Origin: Eledone cirrhosa
Taxonomy: Eukaryota
Length of the DNA stretch: 64,000 nt
Assembly: GCA_964016885.1 (NCBI GenBank)
Contig: OZ024741.1
Location: 65,720,001 to 65,784,000, forward strand
Direction: 5' to 3'
Shown: positions 1 through 10,220 of the stretch, piece by piece
Numbering within the stretch: the stretch's first letter is position 1
Layout of the letters: the number at the start of each line of letters is the position of its first letter
Notes under the pieces: generated by a model
Told to the model about the DNA's origin: nothing
Database searches by the model: none
What the model saw: only the letters and a program-made list of their open reading frames with translations
Made by a program: the position numbers and the translations under genes

Positions 1-69
1 TACACACACATATATATATATATACAAGTTTCAAAGATATATATATAGAGAGAGAGGAGGAAAAGACAT

Positions 70-1139
70 ATATCAAAGAGATTTCAAACTTCATCAGCAG
101 AAGGATGGTGGTAAAGATTACAAAGAAGCTGGAAAATTCAGGATTCGACTACAAGGTGACAGCAAAGAGAAAAACCCATGATTGATGATCTGACACCATC
201 AGAATTCCAGAATTCATCGTTGAAGTTCAGGAGATCATCAACAATGATCCCAGCAAGTAGATGCGTGCCATTACAAGGAAGAAAAGTTTGGCTGAAAAGC
301 TCATCAGGCTGGTGGTGCATGAGGACATTCGCTACTTTTCATATAAGATGAGAAAGGGACAATTTCTGCCCAAGGAGATGTAGGAAAATTAACTCAAGCA
401 CACCAAAAAGCTGATCAAGAAGTTGAAAGACCTGCTGGAGCCAGACATGCTGTGGTTCTTCTCCAGCAAGAAGAACTTCTGCCAAGACCAGAAGATCAAC
501 TCCCAGAGCAAGAGGTGGCTTGCTGTCTCATCCAGAGTCATGCAGATGAAGCTTCCAGCAACAATCATGGTCTTCGGTGTTGTCAGCAGTGAAGGCAAAG
601 TCATGCCAGGCCACTTCTTCCCTGAGCGCCTCAGGCTGAACACCAATGGCTACATCCCTGTTCTGAGTGATGTGAAGCCCTGGATCAGCCGGGTAGATTC
701 AGGAAGGCCGTATGTGTGACAGCAAGACTCACTGCCCTGCCACACCAGCTGGATGACCCAGGCCTGGCTGTCAGAGAATTTATTCAACCATACTGCACCT
801 GACATTTGGCCTCCCAACTACTTGTCTAACTGCAACCCCCTCGACTTCTTTGTGTCAGTTACGGTAGAATGAGAGACCAACAAATCATGCTGCAGCATGA
901 AGGACGAGCTGAGTACCAGGATCATCCAGGCCTTCAGGGATATAAGTTGGGAGACAGTGAAGAAGGCTTGTGTCCAGTTCTGAGGCTGCCTCAAGGCTTT
1001 GATCGGAGCCAAAGGTGGGTTCATCAAGTGAGATTGACAGAACATGTCTTGAAGACAAACAGACTCAAGTTTTGTGAATATATCTAAATAAATATTTTTT
1101 CCCAGATAGTAATCTTGCAAATGAATACTGTCCACATCT

Positions 1140-1140
<1 letters not shown>
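70..1140 (+). mobile_element. Degenerate Tc1/mariner-superfamily transposase remnant, maT (DD37D)-like
   Basis: Translation across stops and frameshifts gives WFFS.KKNF.QDQKINSQ..RWLA, IMVFGVVSSEG, RPYV*QQDS.PCHTS, and DIWPPN..NCNPLDFFV. These correspond to the D,D,D motifs (WPPNSPDxNPLD) of maT-like transposases. Flanked by (TA)n. Confidence 0.8.
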
Positions 1141-1212
<72 letters not shown>

Positions 1213-1216
<4 letters not shown>

Positions 1217-1512
1217 GTAGCACACTGGAAGGTAATATCCGTAGTGGTAAAGCACTCAGTCCATGGGACGAGTTAGGTAGAAGTGGTTACACAACAGTTA
1301 GTTCACCATACCGAGAACTATTGTTTCACCTTAGCAGATCCTCAGCTCGTACGTATATATATAGAAAGAGAGAGAACAAATGTTCTCAGTATGGTGAACT
1401 AACTGTTGTGGAACTACTTCTACCAAACTCGTCCCATGGACTGAGCACTGTGCACAATAATTTCAATATTATTTATTAATAATTAATAATTATGCTTAAC
1501 CCTCCAGTGTTC

Positions 1513-1520
<8 letters not shown>
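1213..1520. mobile_element. Fold-back element with long inverted repeats, inserted in (TA)n
   Basis: Arms ctcagtccatgggacgag...gttcaccataccgagaac and gttctcagtatggtgaac...ctcgtcccatggactgag. Outer arms cactggaaggt / accctccagtg. Related sequence at 4464-4650 and 33960-34105. Confidence 0.7.
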
Positions 1521-1562
<42 letters not shown>

Positions 1563-1565
<3 letters not shown>

Positions 1566-2075
1566 GTCATCACAATTTAACGTTCGGTTTTTCCATGCTA
1601 GCATGGGTTAGAAGAATTGTCCCATTGTGAGCCAAGTCAGATCAGATGACTGTGTCTTACTCATGCAGAACTGATTCTGGCTTGGTTTCTATAGCTGGAT
1701 GCCCTCCTAACGCCAACCACATTTACAGTGTGAACTGGGCTCTTCTTGTCATGACACCAAAATAAGCACTTTACAGTGTAGACTGGGCACTTTTGTCAGG
1801 TAACTAACACAACCCCTTTACAGGGTGGACTGGGTGTTTATTGTCATGTCACCGACACAACCACCTTACAGGGCAAACTGGGTGCTCTTTGTCATGTCAC
1901 CAACCTGACCACTCAACAGGACAGACTGGGAGCCTTCTGTTGTGATAGCAATATGATCACTTTACAGGGTGGACTGAGTGCTTATTTGTCATGTCAACGG
2001 CTCGTCTACCTAGCAGGGAGGGCTAGGTGCTTTTTTATCATCTCCCTTTATGTGGTGGACTAGGTGGACTGAGAG
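1563..2075 (-). mobile_element. Non-autonomous RTE-tailed element with internal ~39-bp tandem units
   Basis: Reverse complement ends in ccatgctagcatggaaaaaccgaacgttaaa...gatgacga, an RTE-type tail also seen at 51601-51648. It contains aggagggcatccagctatagaa and about 8 degenerate units similar to gcacccagtccacactgtaaagtgg. A similar copy is at 48990-49370. Confidence 0.7.
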
Positions 2076-2178
2076 CTTTTAGCCATTTCATATACACATA
2101 CAAACGCATATATAAGTACATATACCTACATATATATATTCATGTATATACATTTACATACATACACCTATACATATA

Positions 2179-2520
2179 TGGTGGAGGTACATGGCTTAGT
2201 GGTTAGAGCATTGGCCTTGCAATCGAAAGGTTGTGAGTTCAATTCTCAGACCGGGTGATGTGTTGTTTCCTTGAGCAAGAACTTTATTTCACATTGCTCC
2301 AGTTTACTCAGCTGTAGAAATGAGATGATAGGACTGGGGTCCCTATCATTCCACTGCAAAATGGACGTGTAGGCGCCACAGAAAAAAAGCACCCAGCACT
2401 CACTGTAAATGAGGTTGGTGTTAGAAAGGGCATCCAGCTGTAGAAATCAAGCCAGAATCAGTTCCCGTCCCACCCTTGCAAGCAGGAAAAAGCGGACGTA
2501 AAATGATGATGATGATGATG
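2179..2520 (+). mobile_element. tRNA-derived CORE-type SINE with RTE-type 3' tail
   Basis: A box tggcttagtggtt, B box gagttcaattc, CORE-like tccttgagcaagaacttt, and tail cttgcaagcaggaaaaagcggacgtaaaa(tga)n. Confidence 0.8.
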
Positions 2521-2544
2521 CACGTGTGTGTGTAAGTGTATACA

Positions 2545-2787
2545 CACATGCATACCAGTCTCTCCTCTCCATATCACCAATGTTTCCCAAAGGTAAAGAA
2601 AAGTAAAGCCCAATACAACTTAACCACAGTGACATCGCAATTCATTTTTTCCAGCTGAGTGGATTTGAGCAACATAAAATAAAGTATCTTGCACAAGGAC
2701 ACATCACACCACCAGTCTGGGTATCAAACTCACAACCTCGTGATTGTGAGCCCAGCACTCTTCTACCACTAAGCCACATGCCTTCAC
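2545..2787 (-). mobile_element. tRNA-derived CORE-type SINE, inverted relative to its neighbours
   Basis: Reverse complement has the ggcatgtggcttagtggt head and gtgtccttgtgcaagatactt. The body matches 44620-44950. Confidence 0.7.
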
Positions 2788-2812
2788 TTATAAATATATA
2801 TATATATATATG

Positions 2813-3080
2813 TGTGGAGGCACGTGGCCAAGTGGTAAGGGTGTTGGACTTACAATCATAATGTTCAGGGTTCAATTCCTGGGTTGCGTGTTGTGTTCTT
2901 GAGCAAGGCACTTCATTTCATGTTGCTCCAATATACTCAGCTGAAAATGAGTATCAGCCATAGATGGGGGCTTTGCTCTGCGATGGACTGGTGTCTTGTA
3001 CTCTCAATTGCTTCACGCCATGAAACCGGGATAATCACCGGCCAAATGAGCCTTCTGGCGTAAAACAGACTTTAGACTTT
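2813..3080 (+). mobile_element. tRNA-derived CORE-type SINE with a different 3' tail
   Basis: Head gtggaggcacgtggccaagtggtaagg...gggttcaattcc, CORE-like gttcttgagcaaggcactt, tail agactttagacttt. Confidence 0.75.
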
Positions 3081-3091
3081 ATATATATATA

Positions 3092-3237
3092 CTAGCAGAA
3101 TGGCCCGGCGTTGCTCGGGATTTGCTCTAGGGTTCTTATATATTTGATATATATTTATCCTTATCGAGCCTCATGAAATAAATACGTTTGTTTATATTTT
3201 GTTATTGCGTATGCAAAAATATCTGTACACGAATATA

Positions 3238-3293
<56 letters not shown>

Positions 3294-3380
3294 TGGCAAC
3301 ATGACCCTCCCAAAGTATAACAATATCGGTTTCAACACACGATTTCAGATAAAGAATCTTGCTAAATAAATTCAGAAACG

Positions 3381-3427
<47 letters not shown>

Positions 3428-3914
3428 TTAAAACAATGAAATAAAAATTCAAGTCATTAGAAATATACTTCACTATTTTACGATCGTTTCTAGGTGATAA
3501 TAATACATCGTACGCATATTTCGTTATCGATCTATGTAGGGTTAGTTACAAAATATCAGATAAGGAATATATTTACTTACAAGTATATCATCAGCCATTG
3601 TCAAAAACAACAGCTGATGATATACTTGTAAGTAAATATATTCCTTATCTGATATTTTGTAACTAACCCTACATAGATCGATAACGAAATATGCGTACGG
3701 TGTATTATTATCACCTAGAAACGATCGTAAAATAGTGAAGTATATTTCTAATGACTTGAATTTTTATTTCATTGTTTTAACTTATATCATGACTCTGTTT
3801 TCCTTTTGATGTTTTACTGTTTTTCGGGATTTATTTTAACCTACAACATTTTCAACATATGGATTACATTGAGCTCTTCATGCAGACTAGACCCCACACT
3901 TAACCGTGGATATT

Positions 3915-3966
<52 letters not shown>

Positions 3967-4078
3967 TAAGAGATTGAAGTTTAAGCAAAGAATCGCTGCT
4001 TTCACCCTTAACGGGATCTTCTGAAACTAAAAAGATCAATCTGTGAACGCAGAAGTAAATATTTCGAAAAACGTTACA

Positions 4079-4140
<62 letters not shown>

Positions 4141-4445
4141 TATATATATATACATATATATACACACACACACATATAGCGTCATAATGTCGTAATGCAG
4201 ACAGCCAGACATACAGACAGATATTATAAGGGCGCGACGTTGTAGCTATGTATCTATCTAAAAAGAAAGACTAAGAATTATAGAGAGAGATCGCTAAATC
4301 GTCTAATGCGGTCCCTAGGGCATTGAAAATTTAAAAACACTCACAGGACCATAAGTATTACATGTGTAAAGTTTGAAAACAATCGGTTTGGTAGTTCTCG
4401 AGTTTTAGGGAGTCAGACAGACAGACAGACATTCTTTGTTTTAGA
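3092..4445 (-). mobile_element. Non-autonomous Helitron with nested insertions
   Basis: On the minus strand the 5' region reads tctaaaac...(gtct)n...aactaccaaaccgatt, which is shared with 58330-59305. The 3' end has hairpin cccgagcaacgccggg followed by CTAG|T at 3095-3092. Confidence 0.75.
3426..3785. repeat. Near-perfect ~170-bp inverted repeat, possibly a Penelope-like pLTR fold-back
   Basis: 3426-3594 is the reverse complement of about 3615-3785 around a ~20-nt spacer. Each arm contains CTGATGA and GAAA-CGATCG-TA. Confidence 0.85.
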
Positions 4446-4962
4446 TATATATATATATATATAGGGATAAAAAAAACTGGGAGGTTATGCCTGTAGTAAA
4501 TAAAGGACTTGGTTCAAAGGACGAGTTCAGTATAGAGATAGTTCCACAACAAATTAGCAAACCATACTCAAGGACACACATTTCACCATTCAGTGTAACA
4601 CTCGTCTTCAAGTATGGTTTGCTAATTTGTTGTGGAACTAATTCTCGCATAACACACACAAACTTTTATACTTTACTCAGTAAACCTTTAAAAAAACACA
4701 CACATTTAAACATACACATACACTCACACATAATATCGACTCTAATACACACACATTTCACTTTGCATTCTAATATCGTTACCAAGACTACCTAACGGTT
4801 TGTCTTATTTACTCTCTTTATTTTCGTTTTTCTTTTACTTGGTCTTCCTTTTATTTTCTGTATGTATTCTTTGTGATCCTGTCTCTATTTTTGTATCATA
4901 TAAAGCATGAAACTAATAAGACTTTGTGTACCTCTGTTTGTTGTTTCCTTGAACTATATATA

Positions 4963-5064
4963 TACAGGGGGACCCCAAAAAAGTATATACACTTTGATTA
5001 CCTGTACAGGCAATACTTATTAGAATGCACAGCCTTTGTGTATACATTTTTGGGGACACCCTGT
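4963..5064. mobile_element. ~100-bp Tc1/mariner-type MITE
   Basis: TA|cagggggaccccaaaaaagtatatacac ... gtgtatacatttttggggacaccctg|TA. Further copies at 27610-27704 and 19260-19610 (the latter SINE-interrupted). Confidence 0.75.
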
Positions 5065-5084
5065 ATATATATATAAAATGTGAT

Positions 5085-5139
<55 letters not shown>

Positions 5140-5140
5140 C

Positions 5141-5184
<44 letters not shown>

Positions 5185-5389
5185 GATATTAATAAATGGA
5201 AACTATATTTATAAAACCATATTTATTTCATTATACATATTTCAGGGATACCAAATTAAATTATGGTATGCCTTCATCAGACAAAATACAATATATAACA
5301 GTTTTACAAATAAGCTTTGACGTACCCTATTAAAATGCAACCATTGTTTTTGGAAGTCATATATATATTTTGGAAGTCATATATATATA

Positions 5390-5906
5390 TGAAGACAAAC
5401 ATAGAATATTCGAAAATATTCTGTATGTTTATAATAAACATTTTGAAGACCTAATCGCTATAGAATAGAATACGTCACGTATTACAATTTGAGATTCTCG
5501 ATAAAAGCAAGGGAAGTAACCTACGCGTTTCATTCTTATTAGAAATCATCAGGATTACATATCCAATGCTTTTATCGAGAACGACACAGCTAGAGACTTA
5601 TAGAATACTTAGCTGTGTACGGGAACTGGTTTGAAAGAGCGGTAGCCGGTCCGGCAGAAATTAGAATTTGGATTTAATGCTCTGAAATAGCGATATATAT
5701 GTGAAGACAAACATAGAATATTCGAAGAATGAAACGCGTAGGTTACTTCCCTTGCTTTTATCGAGAATCTCAAATTGTAATACATGACGTATTCTATTCT
5801 ATAGCGATTAGGTCTTCAAAATGTTTATTATAAACATACAGAATATTTTCGAATATTCTATGTTTGTCTTCACATATATATCGCTATTTCAGAGCATTAA
5901 ATCCAA
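5390..5906. mobile_element. Penelope-like pLTR fold-back element between (TA)n tracts
   Basis: About 5390-5537 is the reverse complement of about 5726-5870. A second nested inverted segment pairs 5666-5725 with 5848-5906. Contains a hammerhead motif. Confidence 0.75.
5516..5558 (-). ncRNA. Minimal type I hammerhead ribozyme (candidate)
   Basis: Minus strand reads GTAATC-CTGATGA-tTTCTaataAGAAt-GAAA-CGCG-TA^-GGTTAC. Stem I is 6 bp, stem II is 4 bp with a U-U closing mismatch, and stem III is the palindrome CGCG. Confidence 0.75.
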
Positions 5907-6325
<419 letters not shown>

Positions 6326-6409
6326 GTGATATTTTAACTGAATTGAAACATGCGTAGAAATGAAAAAATAAATAATAATTTCATATCCTTGACTTTTTTA
6401 TAATTTTGA

Positions 6410-6473
<64 letters not shown>

Positions 6474-6479
6474 GATAAT

Positions 6480-7010
6480 AATGGAGCTGCGGCGTTGCAA
6501 ATGGGTTACATATGAAAAAGTTTGTCCTTCATCAGTGGCCTTCCAACCGTCGTAGGCATTTCATCACTTTAAAGGCCATATACCTCAGGTTGGTGCGAGC
6601 AACGGCTAAAAAAAGTCGTTGGGACACGTAAATAAAGGGGACGCTAGGGTAAACAAACAAAATGGTTTAAGCAACAGAAAGTGATGAAGAAGGAAACAAG
6701 TCCCAGATTTCTATGAATTTAAATTCGGTGAAATCGTGAACGAGAGAATAAAGACCATCAAACCTGGTTGAAATGTGAGCAAGGAAGGAATTTCGCACAG
6801 GTCTAACGGGAGGAAGAAGGGGTCTGGTCTGCGAATTCGGTAAACATAAGTTCTGTGAAGTTGCAGACGAGAGAGAGAGAGAGAAAAAAAATTCATACCG
6901 GCTTGGCCAAGAACGCGCGAGAAAGGAATTACGGACAGGTCAAACGGGAAGAAAGGGGAGGAGGAGAGGTAGTGACAGAGAATGAGTGAGTGAAAGGTGA
7001 GGAAGAGGTA
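6480..7010 (-). mobile_element. Possible decayed Penelope-like fragment
   Basis: Relatively CpG-rich segment flanked by TA/CA tracts, with CTGATGAagg on the minus strand near 6530 and a purine-rich end. No clear protein motif. Confidence 0.3.
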
Positions 7011-7220
7011 TATATGTATATATATATAATTTATATATATATATATATATATTTATATATTTATATATATATATATTTATATATATATATATTTATACAT
7101 ATATATATATATATCATCATCATCGTTTAACGTCCGTGTTCCACGCTTGCATGGGTTTATTTATATATATATATTTATATATATATATTTATATATATAT
7201 ATTTATATATATATATTTAT

Positions 7221-9878
7221 ATCATCATCACCGTTTTACGTCCGTTCTTCCACGCTAGCATGGGTTAGACGGGTTGTCCTGTTGTGGGCAGTGTCTGGTC
7301 GGCTGACCATGCCTTGCTCATACAGGAACTGATCTGGCTTGATTTCTACAGCTGGATGCCCTTCCTAACACCAACCTCATTTACAGTGAGTGTTGGGTGC
7401 TTTTTCGTGGCGCCTACACGTCCACTTTACAGTGTGGGCTGGGTGCTTTTTTGCCGTGGCACCTCCACGACCACCTTGCGGTGGGGGGTGTGGGGGCATA
7501 TTGTTTATATGCTTCAGCATGTACCCATGGGAGGTCGGGTACCCTGTATTACTGCGTGACGCCAGAAGTCACGGTCGTGTGTCATTGACTTTGAGAGGTG
7601 TAGTTGGGTAAGGTCGGCTTTTATCACCTCATCCCAAGTCATCTTGGGTCTCCCCCACTCCGCGGTTTCCATCAACTTCTAGTGCTCTGCACCTTTTTAT
7701 GCAGCTGTCATCCTTCATACGCATCACATGTCCATACCAGCGTAACCGCCTCTCCTGCATGCAGCATTTGATTCCTCTTATGCTCAGTCTCTCTCTCAAT
7801 TCCTTTATGCTTTGTCGTTCACGTATATTACTGTTACACATCCATCGGAGCATGCAGGCTTCGTTTCTCTCTAATCTACGTAAGTCTTCCACCTTCAGCG
7901 CCCAGGTCTCACTACCATGCAACATCGCTGTTCGGATACACGCATCATACAGTCTGCCTTTCATTCTGAGGGAGAAGCCTTTTGCAGCTAGCAGTGGTAG
8001 TAGTTCCCTAAACTTCTTCCATCCCGTTCTTACCCTAGTTATTGTACTTTCTGAGCACCCACCTCCGTTGCTAATTCGGTCACCTAGGTAGCAGAAGCTG
8101 TCTACTGTTTCTACAGGGCCCTCCCAGAGATTGGTGGTACTTGTTTCTTGTGGCTGTTTGCTTGCTGTTTCAGCGCAGCTGCTGCATGTGAATCCTACAT
8201 TCTTAATTAAGCTTCCTGAGATCCCGCTACATCTCTTGTGTACCCATTGTTTGCATTTGGGGCAGAGAATGGAGTTCCTACCTACACCTTTCCTACATAC
8301 TGAGCAAGGCCATTTCCCCTGAGGGGATCTGGGTTCTGTTTTCTCGTCTACTTATAAGGACCTTAGTCTTTGTCATGTTGACTTTGAGGCCCTTTCTCTC
8401 TAGTCCCTGCTTCCAGGTTTGGAATTTATTCTCTAGTTCTACCATAGATTCAGCTATGAGTGCGAGGTCATCAGCATACAGGAGTTCCCATGGGCATCCG
8501 GTCTTAAACTCCTCCGTTATTGCCTGCAGGACTATGATGAACAGGAGAGGGCTAAGAACAGAGCCCTGGTGGACCCCAACCTGTACGCTAAATTCCTCGC
8601 TATACTCATTGCTAATCCTAACTTTGCTGACTGCTCCCCTATACATGGCTTGTACCGCTTTCACAAGCCATTCATCTACTCCTAGTTTTCTAAGAGCCCA
8701 CCAGATTACTGCACGTGGAACTCTGTCAAAGGCTTTCTCAAGGTCGACAAATGCCAAGTAGAGTGGCTTACTTTTAGCTAGGTACTTTTCCTGTAATTGC
8801 CTCACAAGGAAGAGGGCATCAGTGGTGCCTTTCCCTGGTACAAACCCAAATTGCATCTCGTCTATATTCACCCGGTCCCTAATCAGCTGTGCTATAACTC
8901 TTTCTGTTACTTTCATGACCTGGTCCATCAACTTTATACCTCTATAGTTTCCTCTATCTAGTGCATCGCCTTTACCTTTGTAGCAGTTGACAATGATGCT
9001 ACTGCACCAATCTTTTGGTATGGCCCCCTCTAGTATTACCTGGTTAACGATACGTGTGGTTATAGTGTGACCTACAGACCCAGATGCCTTCAGCATCTCG
9101 GCAGCTATACCCGATGGACCGGTTGCCTTCCCTATCTTCATATCTCTGATTGCCTTACTTACTACGCTGCCGCTGACTTGGACTGCTGGTCCCTCTATAG
9201 GGTCTACGTGGGGTAGGGTCTCTTCTTCCCATGCATTCTCCTCATTTAGTAATCTATCATAATGACTCTTCCATGCATCTTTCTTCTCAGCACTTGTGAG
9301 GGCAAGCTCACCTTTATCATTCCGGATACACTTCTCTCCAATGACATCACAACTATCTCTGACACACTGCCTCGCAATCTTGAATACCTCCTGTTTCTGG
9401 TCCTCACGTTGTAAAACATGCTTGAATTTTCTATCCTCTGCTTCCCTCCTAGCTAAGTATACTTGTCGCCTAGCTTCCCTCTTGGTCTCTATGTAATGTA
9501 CCCTGCTCCCCCCATTCTTCCATTCTTTCCATGCCTGTCTCTTGGCCTTGACTGCTTCATCTACCTTATTGTTCCACCACCAAGTCACTCTCCTCCTGCT
9601 TGAGGTCTTACTCCAGCCACAAACCTCATCCGTCGCATCTAGTAAGTTATTTTTTAGGAACTCCCAGTTCTCTTCTACGTTAAATGTCTCTATCTGTTCT
9701 TCTTTACTGTCGTAGGCGTTGAGTAAAATATCTTTAAATCTGTTACTGGTTGAGGGGACTTTCAGCTTCCAGATCTTTCTTCTCCAGGTTGGCCTCTGTT
9801 TCAGGGCTCGTCTAGTTCTGACCGTGAGGTCGCTGACAACTAAGCTATGTTGGGATGTACATTCCTCACTAGGGAAGG

Positions 9879-9881
<3 letters not shown>
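7221..9881 (-). mobile_element. 5'-truncated, relatively young RTE-clade LINE with RT, PHD finger and extended 3' UTR
   Basis: About 530-aa open stretch with YKGKGD..NYRGIKL, QFGF..GKGTTDA, AFVDLEKAFDRVP, GVHQGSVLSPLLF and LLYADD. A +1 frameshift near 8317 is followed by a PHD finger, VDSFCYLGD and RLRWYGHVMR. A second frameshift lies near 7650, the stop is at 7514-7516, and the element ends in an (atg)n tail. Confidence 0.95.
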
Positions 9882-9935
<54 letters not shown>

Positions 9936-10027
9936 ATGTACATTCATCACTATATATATATATAGGATGTACATTCATCACTATACATATATATATATAT
10001 AGGATGTACATTCCTCACTAGGGAAGG

Positions 10028-10109
<82 letters not shown>

Positions 10110-10220
10110 TACACACACACACAGACGCATATATACACAACCTTTGAAGGTTGTGAAAACAAAATGTACAAATTGGTGTTGCATGAGTGTATGGAGGTAT
10201 GTAAGGGTTTCAATATGAGT

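Noticed and set aside
2179-2255. tRNA genes at the A/B-box motifs
   Set aside because: These are SINE heads that continue into CORE or Nin-like bodies and have no complete cloverleaf.
2447-2635. ORF with a GT donor (...ERRDW|gtatgc) as an exon
   Set aside because: The sequence is the body of a SINE, matching 44730-44800.
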